Assembly: GCA_016929355.1 (NCBI GenBank)
Contig: JAFGJA010000322.1
Coordinates: forward strand, 1-48,058
Direction of reading: 5' to 3'
DNA length: 48,058 bases
Origin: Anaerolineae bacterium
Lineage (GTDB): Bacteria; Chloroflexota; Anaerolineae; Aggregatilineales; Aggregatilineaceae
The notes below the pieces were generated by a model. That model worked only from the letters and a program-made list of their open reading frames with translations. It was not told the DNA's origin and made no database searches. Shown here piece by piece: positions 27,265 to 36,187 of the stretch. Made by a program: the position numbers and the translations under genes. How positions within the stretch are numbered: position 1 is the stretch's first letter; every line of letters starts with the position of its first letter.

Positions 27265-29985
27265 TTAGAATCTCGCTTCCGTATTGTTGCCAATAATATA
27301 TTCCACTAAATAACCAGGGCGCTGCACCCGATGCATGATCCGATCTTCGCCTTCCATAATCGGCAGACTGCTGCGCGGAATTTGATTTTCATCTGCGCCC
27401 CGAATACGGATGTCATCCAGGTAGAAGGCTTTTTCTTCGCTCACTTTGGGATCGTTATGGGTAGACACAACAATCTTTTCGAATTCCCCGATATTACGGA
27501 AAGTCTTTTTGTTTACCCCGAAGGCAGCGAGCGAAATTGTCGTCACAATGTCTTCATGGCCTTGTGTATCGCGCGTTTTAAGGACTAACGTGCCTTGCAA
27601 TGGATTTTGACGGCGTCGTTGATAGATAACCACCGCACCGATCACAATAGCCAGCAGACCAATGATCAACCCCAAGATCACGATCCCACCAACTATGGTT
27701 ACGATTGACCATTCGCGGTTGTGTTCAACTACTGCCCGTGACGGATTCCAGTCATAATCGCCAACCAACGCCATTGCCGGCGATTGAACACTGGCTTCGA
27801 CCTTATAATCGCCACGCCCCCGGTGCTCCAGGGTGGTCTGGTAGATACCTTTGCTCACTTCGACCATCTGCGTTGTGAGGTCTTCGGATTCATCGCCGTG
27901 CTTCAAGATCACTGTCGGGCGCGTCTCCGTCCCACTGGTGAGATCGCTTAACGAAACCGCATTGTTCGATTCATCTCTGATTTCAACCTGAATAACGAGC
28001 GGGGTTTTACCCAGAAACTCAAACGGCCATACCTCTTCAGACGATCCATTTTCAGGACGCAAAACCAACACACGCAAATCTATGATCGGGCGAACTTCCA
28101 ACGGCAGCAGGGTCGAACCAACAGCATCAAATGTGCCATCCGTCGCCGGCCACCCAACCGCTACATCGACCACATACTGCCCCGGCTGGTCAATGACCAG
28201 ATCAGACAACACCTCACCCACATTGGCTGTCGGGCTATTAGGGTATACAGTATCCTGTAACACGACGGTTCCAGCCTGGTCGGTAGCTGTCACTTGAAAG
28301 GCCATATCTGCGGCGGCGGGCAAAGGCTGCCCCGATACTTTCGTGCGAATTTCGGCGCGCAAGCCCACTGGCTGCCCTGCGCGTTGGCTGGCGGGATTTA
28401 GCCCGTTGATGTCGACATAAGACTCCTGAATGGTGATCATGTCACGCTGAGTGCCCTGCGCGTCAATCACGACATTTTTCATCGTCGCATCTCGCAGCAC
28501 ATAGACAACCTGACCAGCATTATCGAGATAACTCGCATCCAGGCGCACTTCGAAATCACCAGAGAAACGTAAGAATTCGGTGGCCGTAAACTGGTTGATG
28601 CCTGGTGCATTAGCCGTATCCAGCGCCAATGGAATCTCATAATCAGGCGGCCCCTGGGGTGTCGTGATCCCGTCGGTGCGGTAGAGTTTGAGGACCACAT
28701 CCAGTTTATAATTCGGATTGAGCGGATCGCCATAGACAGCAAGCGGCACACCTGTCCCATCCACAATGCGCGCTGTGAATGTGATCGGGGTATACATAAA
28801 CAGTTCGGGCTGCCCCGGCGTGGCGGGGATCACTTCGGCTGCCCCCACAGCGCTGATCAGATCGGTCACCGCTTCGACATTTTGAATCAAATTCGAGGGT
28901 TGAACCTGGGATAAATCCAACTGCCACTGCCCCGGTTCAGGCAAGAGAATTTCATACGTTTGGATTGCAGTTCCCACCCCCTGTGTTTTAACAGGAGATT
29001 GTGTGCCATCAGGCCGCCGGACAATCTCGTTGGTGATTGGGGTATTATCGGTTTTGAAAATATTGATGCGCAAAAACTGCTGGTAAGGCGGTACATCAAA
29101 GACACCAACACCGTTATTCAGTGGAATGGTCTGTCGCCGTACAGCGCTGCTGATCTGGCTGATCAGGTCAGTCAGAATGCGATTGAACTCACTAGAAATT
29201 TCTGCCCCATTCATCACCTGAACATACTGTTCCATTGGGTTACAGCCTGCCGCTTGGTTGGCGCATACAATCGTCTCCCAAGCCGTTTGCCATTTGGTAA
29301 AAAATTGATTGTTGGCATCAGAGATAACCACATAGAGTTTGTAGTCAGGGAAATTGGTGCGCATTAACTCTTCAATACGCGCCAAATGAGCGGTTTTAGT
29401 CTGATCGTTGCAAGTATTAGATGCACACGGTTCCCCATCGGTCAGCAATACAATGGCCTTGAGATGCTGGGTTCCCGTTGCCGATGGAGCAGGAGCCTGA
29501 TCAAACATCTGCTTGGCTTCGCGTAGCGCTTCATACATATCTGTATTGCCCAGATTGACATTGCCAAAACGTTGATCAGAAATGTCTGTTCCCAAACGCT
29601 GCGCATCAGCATCTTGCAAATAGCTGAGATTTGTCCAATCCAACAGCAACCGTTGTGAATCACCGAAACCGAACAACCCCATGTTGACTTCCAGTGGATC
29701 ATAGTTTTTCACAAGGTCCTGAAATTGGTAAAGCCATTGCAACGAATATTGCGGAGCCTGGAATCGCAACCCATCGGGGTCTGTACCATTTCCCCAATAG
29801 TCAGGCGCACCACAGGGAATGCCACAGGTGCTACCACTTTGATCGACTACAAACAGCATATCGACGCCGCTGTATACTGGCGGTGAAGGCGACTGCGCCT
29901 GAACCGATGTGCTCGCAACGTGTAAACCTGCAACCAGCACCCCCAACGCGCCGATTAAAACGAGCCACTTCCTTACATTAGCCAT
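27265..29985 (-). CDS. vWA-domain single-pass membrane protein (paralog B) with a conserved cytoplasmic tail
   Basis: The ORF track starts at GTG 29994. ATG 29985 has AAGGTGA 5 nt upstream. Signal peptide MANVRKWLVLIGALGVLVAGLHVASTSVQAQS. MIDAS MLFVVDQSGSTCG. FGNVNLGNT, LTDGEPC, VPPYQ. TM IVGGIVILGLIIGLLAIVIGAVVI. Tail RRRQNPLQGTLVL... ending TEARF. Confidence 0.85.
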   Translation of the reverse strand: MANVRKWLVLIGALGVLVAGLHVASTSVQAQSPSPPVYSGVDMLFVVDQSGSTCGIPCGAPDYWGNGTDPDGLRFQAPQYSLQWLYQFQDLVKNYDPLEVNMGLFGFGDSQRLLLDWTNLSYLQDADAQRLGTDISDQRFGNVNLGNTDMYEALREAKQMFDQAPAPSATGTQHLKAIVLLTDGEPCASNTCNDQTKTAHLARIEELMRTNFPDYKLYVVISDANNQFFTKWQTAWETIVCANQAAGCNPMEQYVQVMNGAEISSEFNRILTDLISQISSAVRRQTIPLNNGVGVFDVPPYQQFLRINIFKTDNTPITNEIVRRPDGTQSPVKTQGVGTAIQTYEILLPEPGQWQLDLSQVQPSNLIQNVEAVTDLISAVGAAEVIPATPGQPELFMYTPITFTARIVDGTGVPLAVYGDPLNPNYKLDVVLKLYRTDGITTPQGPPDYEIPLALDTANAPGINQFTATEFLRFSGDFEVRLDASYLDNAGQVVYVLRDATMKNVVIDAQGTQRDMITIQESYVDINGLNPASQRAGQPVGLRAEIRTKVSGQPLPAAADMAFQVTATDQAGTVVLQDTVYPNSPTANVGEVLSDLVIDQPGQYVVDVAVGWPATDGTFDAVGSTLLPLEVRPIIDLRVLVLRPENGSSEEVWPFEFLGKTPLVIQVEIRDESNNAVSLSDLTSGTETRPTVILKHGDESEDLTTQMVEVSKGIYQTTLEHRGRGDYKVEASVQSPAMALVGDYDWNPSRAVVEHNREWSIVTIVGGIVILGLIIGLLAIVIGAVVIYQRRRQNPLQGTLVLKTRDTQGHEDIVTTISLAAFGVNKKTFRNIGEFEKIVVSTHNDPKVSEEKAFYLDDIRIRGADENQIPRSSLPIMEGEDRIMHRVQRPGYLVEYIIGNNTEARF

Positions 29986-30021
29986 TATCTTCACCTTAAT
30001 ATTTCATTTGATTAAAAACAA

Positions 30022-31605
30022 TCATTGCCAGTTTAGGGCTGATGTGTTGATCTCAACGAATGCAAAAACTTCGCGCCATGTCCAGGTGGAATCCGTTGCC
30101 GGGTTTGTCAACATAAGATCGCTTCTGTAGTCTATATCTAATCTATCTGTCGTAAAAGTTAGAAACATATCTGGTTTATTTGTTTGAACATAGGTATCCC
30201 ATGCCGTTATAGCCATGATCGTACCTTTTTCAGCTTCAAATGCGGTATCTGGCACATAAAAGCGGACTAAACCGGTAGTTGTGGGACGATTTGCATCCCA
30301 TGTTTGCGTTGTATGCAATCGAAAATTCACAGGGATTTCATTTTCAGGAAACGTCAGTGTGGCTCCATTTGGCAATTGTAACACAGCAGTGGGATCGATA
30401 ATTCGGACGGTACGCGCAGTGAAAATTGTGGTATCGGTATATTGCAAAGCGCGGCCATCTTGTCCTGGCGCTAATATTTCCCAACCAACCACCCAGGTTT
30501 CCCGCCACGGAGAAAAGCCCGTATAAATATACGGTGCTGTCGGATCCCACACTGTTTCAGTCGCCACACACTCACCATCAGCGATCACACTACGGGGCGC
30601 AGTTGGATATTGCGGAAAATAATTGTTATCTGGCGCAGCATAGGGCACAGCGCCAACGTGATAACAGATCACCGCTATCGTTTTTATCCCATGTCCCCGT
30701 TCATCCCGCGCCGCAACACCGATATAGGCTCGCTCATCCAGGGACCAAAACACTCTATCGCTGATCTGAACATCCAGGTGCGCGGCGGGTGGCCCCCAAT
30801 AAACCGGCACACAGTTTTCCCCCATATCCATCCGGTCAGCCAACCGTACACACAATGTCCCCTGCCCTCTTACGGGAGTTGTTGGTGCAATATACCGTAC
30901 CAGTGTACTGCCCGGCTGCATCTCAAGTCGCACCGCTTCAGCCTGATCGTCTGCGGTCTGCAACAAACCGGCTGATGCACCCACCACAACGGGGTAACGC
31001 CCGCCTAAGGTAGCGGGATACGTTTGCAGATTGAGCGCAACATCCTGGGCCATGCCGGTTGCGATAACGAGCGGTCCATCAAAGCCCAATGTGACCGTCT
31101 GCCTGACCAATGTCAACTCCGCCGTATCCTGCGCACGTCCGAGGCGCGGCACATCAATAATAGCGGAAAGAAGCACCTGACTTTCGCTGCCCGTTTCACC
31201 CGCCGTGTAGACCGTCATGGCCTGCCCATCAGCAAGCGGGACACTGATTGGATTAACGCTACCACCGCCCTCGACCCGAAAAAACACTGTCAAGCCTTGC
31301 ATTTCCAAACTGGGCGGCGCGCTCACGGTCACAGTTACCCGTGTTGTTGAATGTCCGTCACCGGGCAGTTGCTGATCCGGCACATCAACAGTAACTGCAA
31401 TGTTGACATCGGATAGTTGTGGTGTTGGCGTAAACGTGGGCGACGGTATAGGGGTTATCGTCGCCGTAGGAACCGGCGTGAGTGTCGGGGTGGATGTCAG
31501 TATTTTGGCATCTTGACCACATGCTGCCAGCAGAATCACAACCATCAACCAGAACCAACACGATACGCGGCGCACACCTCGCTCACCAGCAAACCCTCGC
31601 ACCAC
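30022..31605 (-). CDS. Lipoprotein with a PT linker and a bacterial Ig-like (Big_1/invasin-like) domain plus an unknown beta-rich domain
   Basis: GTG start with GAGGGAG SD. Lipobox-like VVILLAACGQ. Linker TSTPTLTPVPTATITPIPSPTFTPTP (31420-31497). GDGHSTTRVTVTVSA...VFFRVEGGGSV...ADGQAMTVYTAGETG resembles Big_1. Confidence 0.6.
   Translation of the reverse strand: MVRGFAGERGVRRVSCWFWLMVVILLAACGQDAKILTSTPTLTPVPTATITPIPSPTFTPTPQLSDVNIAVTVDVPDQQLPGDGHSTTRVTVTVSAPPSLEMQGLTVFFRVEGGGSVNPISVPLADGQAMTVYTAGETGSESQVLLSAIIDVPRLGRAQDTAELTLVRQTVTLGFDGPLVIATGMAQDVALNLQTYPATLGGRYPVVVGASAGLLQTADDQAEAVRLEMQPGSTLVRYIAPTTPVRGQGTLCVRLADRMDMGENCVPVYWGPPAAHLDVQISDRVFWSLDERAYIGVAARDERGHGIKTIAVICYHVGAVPYAAPDNNYFPQYPTAPRSVIADGECVATETVWDPTAPYIYTGFSPWRETWVVGWEILAPGQDGRALQYTDTTIFTARTVRIIDPTAVLQLPNGATLTFPENEIPVNFRLHTTQTWDANRPTTTGLVRFYVPDTAFEAEKGTIMAITAWDTYVQTNKPDMFLTFTTDRLDIDYRSDLMLTNPATDSTWTWREVFAFVEINTSALNWQ
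31420..31497 (-). repeat. Pro/Thr-rich linker-coding low-complexity tract
   Basis: Encodes TSTPTLTPVPTATITPIPSPTFTPTP, after the lipobox of the Ig-like lipoprotein. Confidence 0.85.
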
Positions 31606-31635
31606 ATTACTCCCTCTACATGCTACAACCCATCC

Positions 31636-33039
31636 CTATTGTTCTGCCCACAACTCCGCCCCCGTATCAGACCGCACCCAGGCTAACCCTTCTCCTAGAG
31701 CAACTTGATACCATATCCAATCAGATCGTTGTCCATCAACTTGCAAAATCATCAAAGGATAAACCAAAATTACATCATTTACACTGCGTAACAAAGCCCC
31801 ATTAACTGAAGGTTCGGCTCGAAAATTTACAGAGGTAGGATTTGCAGGAATATATACTAACGGAGTCGGTGACACCGGACCTAACCTAATACCCAGGTCT
31901 GTAGGCTTGATACTAATCGTAAACGAAGGCACGCTCGCTGGATTTGCATCATCTGCTACGGGTTGGAAAATAAACTTTTGGCTCTCGCCCGGTGCAAATT
32001 CCCATAGATGGTCATTTGTCAGTTCAGAAGATACGCACTCGTCATTGATAACAAACACACCGGGTAACGTAATATTCACATTGACCTGGTAATGACGCTC
32101 TATGTTTCCGGTTGGATAATCAGTTTCCAACCCAACGACCAGTGGATAAAAGGGTCGCGTTAAATCCAAAGCCGGGCAGGATTCGGCTAACTTTGTTTGG
32201 CGATCTACATCAAATTCTGCGGCGGTAGTTTCAAATTTAATCGGCAGCGCATCACGTCGGATTTCTATGGGTAATACTACCGCGCGTTCGTTATAGATAT
32301 GGAATTCAAGATCAATCATGCCCAACTTATTTGCATCGAGCGGGGGGCAATACACAGCGCTGCGGATCGTATTAGCCCCAATCACAATCGCAGATGTCCT
32401 TACATTTTGCGCACATCCTTCAGCACTATCCGCCACGATGCCCACCGGGGCAACTGGCGTGATCTCTAGTGACTGGGTGGTTGTATTAGCAATCATCAAT
32501 GGGATAAACTGCGTACTGCCCGCATAAACCACTGGATCACCTTCTACCCATACAACGATAGAGAAAGGAGTCGTGATTTCATCCGGGGCTGGTGCAGCCT
32601 GAGTCAACGCCTCCGCCACGGTTGTGCCCACTATCTCCTGCGCGCGTTGCTCATACAGTCGCTGCTGCGCATCTAAGGTCTGCTGCTGATTGACAACTAC
32701 AGCTTGAGCGGTTCGCGTTGCATTCATATCAAGAGTCGGCATGATGATCGGTGATGCGGTAACGGCGGCGTCATTTGTGTTATCCGGCACAGGTGACTCA
32801 ACCGGGGATACTTGAACCGTTGGCGTCAGCAAGTTTAACAATGCGACCTGTGTTCGTTCCAAACCATCAATGGTATTTTGTTGTCGCTGGCGTGACACTA
32901 ATCCGAATGCAAAGGCCATACCAGCTACAACCACAGCGAGTATCACAAAACCATACACGATCCACCCGCGATCATTACCGGCAGCAGTAGCTAACCGAAA
33001 GCGTACCGGAGGGGCATTCCGTTTTGGATCACTCGCCAT
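31636..33039 (-). CDS. N-terminally membrane-anchored extracytoplasmic protein with a C-terminal bacterial SH3 (SH3b/SH3_3) domain
   Basis: AAGGAG SD. TM GWIVYGFVILAVVVAGMAFAFGLV. C-terminus SVNFRAEPSVNGALLRSVNDV...QVDGQRSDWIWYQVALGEGLAWVRSD fits the SH3b pattern (VNVRxxPS...W.kV...G..GWV). Confidence 0.65.
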   Translation of the reverse strand: MASDPKRNAPPVRFRLATAAGNDRGWIVYGFVILAVVVAGMAFAFGLVSRQRQQNTIDGLERTQVALLNLLTPTVQVSPVESPVPDNTNDAAVTASPIIMPTLDMNATRTAQAVVVNQQQTLDAQQRLYEQRAQEIVGTTVAEALTQAAPAPDEITTPFSIVVWVEGDPVVYAGSTQFIPLMIANTTTQSLEITPVAPVGIVADSAEGCAQNVRTSAIVIGANTIRSAVYCPPLDANKLGMIDLEFHIYNERAVVLPIEIRRDALPIKFETTAAEFDVDRQTKLAESCPALDLTRPFYPLVVGLETDYPTGNIERHYQVNVNITLPGVFVINDECVSSELTNDHLWEFAPGESQKFIFQPVADDANPASVPSFTISIKPTDLGIRLGPVSPTPLVYIPANPTSVNFRAEPSVNGALLRSVNDVILVYPLMILQVDGQRSDWIWYQVALGEGLAWVRSDTGAELWAEQ

Positions 33040-35020
33040 GTGTTACGCTCCTTGAGTCGTTCGTGTCTTCGTCAGAAGTTTCTACCGGGTTAGCTGCTCG
33101 CCCCATAATGCGATCACTTTGTTGAGCTTTTTTACATGCCACCTGATACCAATAATTGATGACGCTCAAATTCCCCTCATTATTATCTGCCAGGGCCGCT
33201 AATTCCTCCCCAAATTTTGGGAGAGGTTCGCGCTTTTTCATCACACGCTGATACACATTCAATCGCTTAACATGGTACATCAGCGCACGATTCCAGTCTG
33301 GGAAAACTTTTCCAAACGCGGCCACCGAACATGAAGAAACTAATCTCAACAGGTCGTCGATTAGCTCCAGGCGTTCTGTATCTTTTTGCACCTCTGTATA
33401 AACCGAATCAACAAAATAGCACAAGAGAGCAACTTCTGCATTTATTAAGGCGCTAAACTGGCGCTGAAACATGGCTAAATTATTGTTCAGGCCTGTTTGA
33501 TACTCATTGATTTGATTATTGACTCGAGTGGCAAGCGCGCTTGTTTGCGTATCGAGATCGGTTTTTAAGGTGTTCTGTTGGGTTATAAATTCCCGCCTCA
33601 ACACGGCCATCTCGTCCAAAATCGCTTGATTAGCATCCCGGATAGCGCGATTGATGGCGGCTGAATCTGGAGGCGGAGGCAAGACAGGCATTTCTGACTG
33701 CGCTTTCGCCAACTCATCCAATCGATCAGTCAATGTCTGGATAGTCGTTATATGGGTTTTAGCCTGCTCGCGCATGGATTTTTGCGTTTCTTCGTTCTGA
33801 TCCACGATCTGCTGTGCCATCCTTTGCAGATTGTCTACCAGACTACGTATGGCTTGTTCATCACCTAAAATATCACTCATATCCCACCCTATATCATTTG
33901 ATTGGCGGATTAAATCTATGATCGCTGTGAAGATAGGGAGCGGTTGTTCCAGTATCGAATGCTTCTCTGGGTTTTCAATCTGATTATCAAGCGCTAAGGC
34001 ACGCCAGTCGAGAAAGTGTTGATATAACCCATTGTACTCTTCGATAAGCCTGCGAATGTCCTGTATCGCCATATCGTCATTGACACCCGCTAAAGTTCGC
34101 TTAATCTCGTCCCAAAGTACATCCACAACGTTGACCACAGGATAAACATCACGAATATCTGCGATGCGTTTAGTTTTGACCGCCTGAGCAATGTCTTGAT
34201 GGGCACGATCAATAGCGCTGCGGGCTATATCATTAAGCTGTGCGATCAGAAACGGCGCATTCCAATGCGAGGTTTGTAGCTCATCGCGCAATTGTAATGC
34301 GCGAGGCAGTGCAATATTGAGCGGCAGATCATCAGAACGATGGCGCACAAACCGCACGATATCGCCGACCGGCGCTAACTTAGCCCGCAGCCAACCATGC
34401 ACCGCCTCACTACTCAGGGCAAGCGCCAGATAATAGATGTCTTCGATTTGCTCGGCGGGCTGCTCATCAGCTAAGGCAGTTTGCAATTCCACGATCAACC
34501 GATCAGCATACATCCTGCCCGGCAGCGAGTCTTGGACCAACCAGTCACGTTGATCACTCTTGGTAGGAAAATATAGATAAGGGATGTTTTCCAAACTCTG
34601 CTGCGCTTTGTGCCACAGCGCATATCGCTCCTCAAGCCGCCAAGCCGCTCGCCGGTAATTGATCGCCTCCTGACGCAACATAATTTCGGCTTCAAGCTGA
34701 TCCAACATCTGTTCAAAAACTTCGAGCGCATGATCCCCTAAATCGGCCTGGACCCGCTCGCGCGCTGCGCGGGCACGTTCCGTAGCCGCCGCAAGGTCTG
34801 CTTCGTCATCCTCACCGGGATCACGCACCAGAGTTTTCATTACCGCGAGTATATCAGTCTGCAAGTCACGGGTGAGCATTTCGCTGCGACTCAGACTCCA
34901 TTGTTTTTCAAATGCATCACGCGCCGTTTTGAGTGCGCTCAACACCACATCCCACCGCTCCAGCGTTTGCCGAGTGATCAGATCGATGGCGTTGAAAGAA
35001 AGATTCCTTTCCGATGTCAT
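33029..35020 (-). CDS. 663-aa cytoplasmic alpha-helical / coiled-coil protein (hypothetical)
   Basis: AAGGGG SD 2 nt after the upstream stop. No TM or signal peptide. Long heptad-like charged helices (e.g. RARAARERVQADLGDHALEVFEQMLDQLEAEIMLRQEAINYRRAAWRLEERYALW). The 3' end overlaps the next start by 11 nt. Confidence 0.7.
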   Translation of the reverse strand: MTSERNLSFNAIDLITRQTLERWDVVLSALKTARDAFEKQWSLSRSEMLTRDLQTDILAVMKTLVRDPGEDDEADLAAATERARAARERVQADLGDHALEVFEQMLDQLEAEIMLRQEAINYRRAAWRLEERYALWHKAQQSLENIPYLYFPTKSDQRDWLVQDSLPGRMYADRLIVELQTALADEQPAEQIEDIYYLALALSSEAVHGWLRAKLAPVGDIVRFVRHRSDDLPLNIALPRALQLRDELQTSHWNAPFLIAQLNDIARSAIDRAHQDIAQAVKTKRIADIRDVYPVVNVVDVLWDEIKRTLAGVNDDMAIQDIRRLIEEYNGLYQHFLDWRALALDNQIENPEKHSILEQPLPIFTAIIDLIRQSNDIGWDMSDILGDEQAIRSLVDNLQRMAQQIVDQNEETQKSMREQAKTHITTIQTLTDRLDELAKAQSEMPVLPPPPDSAAINRAIRDANQAILDEMAVLRREFITQQNTLKTDLDTQTSALATRVNNQINEYQTGLNNNLAMFQRQFSALINAEVALLCYFVDSVYTEVQKDTERLELIDDLLRLVSSCSVAAFGKVFPDWNRALMYHVKRLNVYQRVMKKREPLPKFGEELAALADNNEGNLSVINYWYQVACKKAQQSDRIMGRAANPVETSDEDTNDSRSVTHGE

Positions 35021-35022
35021 CG

Positions 35023-36171
35023 CTACCCCTTATCCCAATGACGATAGCCACTCGTTGAAGCTGGTCGCAAAAGCCGATTAACATAGTCATATGCGGCATC
35101 AAGTTCATCGCGCTCCAAGCGCGCCACAATTTCCCGGCTGTGCGGATCATCAAAACCACGTGTGATAAATTGACTCACGAGTGTGTCCCGATTCTCTTTA
35201 TCTTGCTCACCACATCCCGCGACCCGCCACGCTAAATCGGCCCAAACCGTTTCACATTCCTCCGGTGAAAGCGCAGCCGGAGCGGGTAATAAATTGCTCA
35301 GTTCATCCAGAAGCGATGGTTGATTATTTGCCAACTCATCCGCGTTCATAACCAGCAATGCCAGCCACACTTCCAACGCGCGCCGCAACGGGGTATGACT
35401 GGGATAGCCAGAGGAATCGACAAATCGGCGTTGAATATCGGTATGGACCGCCACGGCCAGAATCGCCCGCAAACCCACGCTAGGGAAACCACCCGGCACG
35501 TCAGGATACTCGCGGGGAAGCCATAACAGATCATTGAATGGTTTGAATGGCGGGGAGCCAATCCGTTCCAGCAGCAATTGATGCCATAACTGCCCAAAAA
35601 CTTGCAGTTCGGCAGCCAAAAAATCGGGGGTAGCAGGGTTAAGCACGTTCCAATCAATGATGATTAGCCGCCCCTGCTCATCTAGAAAAAAGTCCTTCAC
35701 TTTGCGATCAGTACAGGAACGCTGCAACATTCGCACAGTTTCCATGACACGCGCGTAATCAAGCGCCGCCCTGACCGCCATTTCTTCGGCGGCGATCCAA
35801 TTGCCATCAGCCAATAAGTGCTGGATACTTCTTGATAGGAGCGACGCATAATAGGGCATGACTAACACGCCCCCATCGGTTGCCATATCGTCGCGCTGCC
35901 CCCAAGCTACTGAAGGCAAGGGCACACGTTCAGCAAACCGGTAACGCTCCCACAAGGCTTTCAGAATATTATACTCCGTTTTAAATTCAGTCAGAGTCGC
36001 CGGGGTATGCGGCACTTTGACAACATACCGGCCATCATGTGTCGAATAAATCGCACCCACCATCCCTTTCCCGATGCGATTGTCCAGATTATCGTCATAG
36101 ATGACCGTATCCAATAGAGGCATATCACCAACAATATCCTGTTGGTTGATCCTAACGCGAATTTCTGACAT
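35023..36171 (-). CDS. Protein-kinase-fold (ePK/APH-like) protein with a helical C-terminal extension
   Basis: GAAAGGGG SD. G-loop-like IGKGMVGAIY, lysine strand RYVVKVP, helix-C Glu in EFKTEYNILKAL, hinge VLVMPYY, catalytic-loop-like CTDRKVKDFFLD (HRDxKxxN with N->D), and IIIDWN in place of DFG. Confidence 0.55.
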   Translation of the reverse strand: MSEIRVRINQQDIVGDMPLLDTVIYDDNLDNRIGKGMVGAIYSTHDGRYVVKVPHTPATLTEFKTEYNILKALWERYRFAERVPLPSVAWGQRDDMATDGGVLVMPYYASLLSRSIQHLLADGNWIAAEEMAVRAALDYARVMETVRMLQRSCTDRKVKDFFLDEQGRLIIIDWNVLNPATPDFLAAELQVFGQLWHQLLLERIGSPPFKPFNDLLWLPREYPDVPGGFPSVGLRAILAVAVHTDIQRRFVDSSGYPSHTPLRRALEVWLALLVMNADELANNQPSLLDELSNLLPAPAALSPEECETVWADLAWRVAGCGEQDKENRDTLVSQFITRGFDDPHSREIVARLERDELDAAYDYVNRLLRPASTSGYRHWDKG

Positions 36172-36187
36172 TCAGGCCCCTTTCAAG

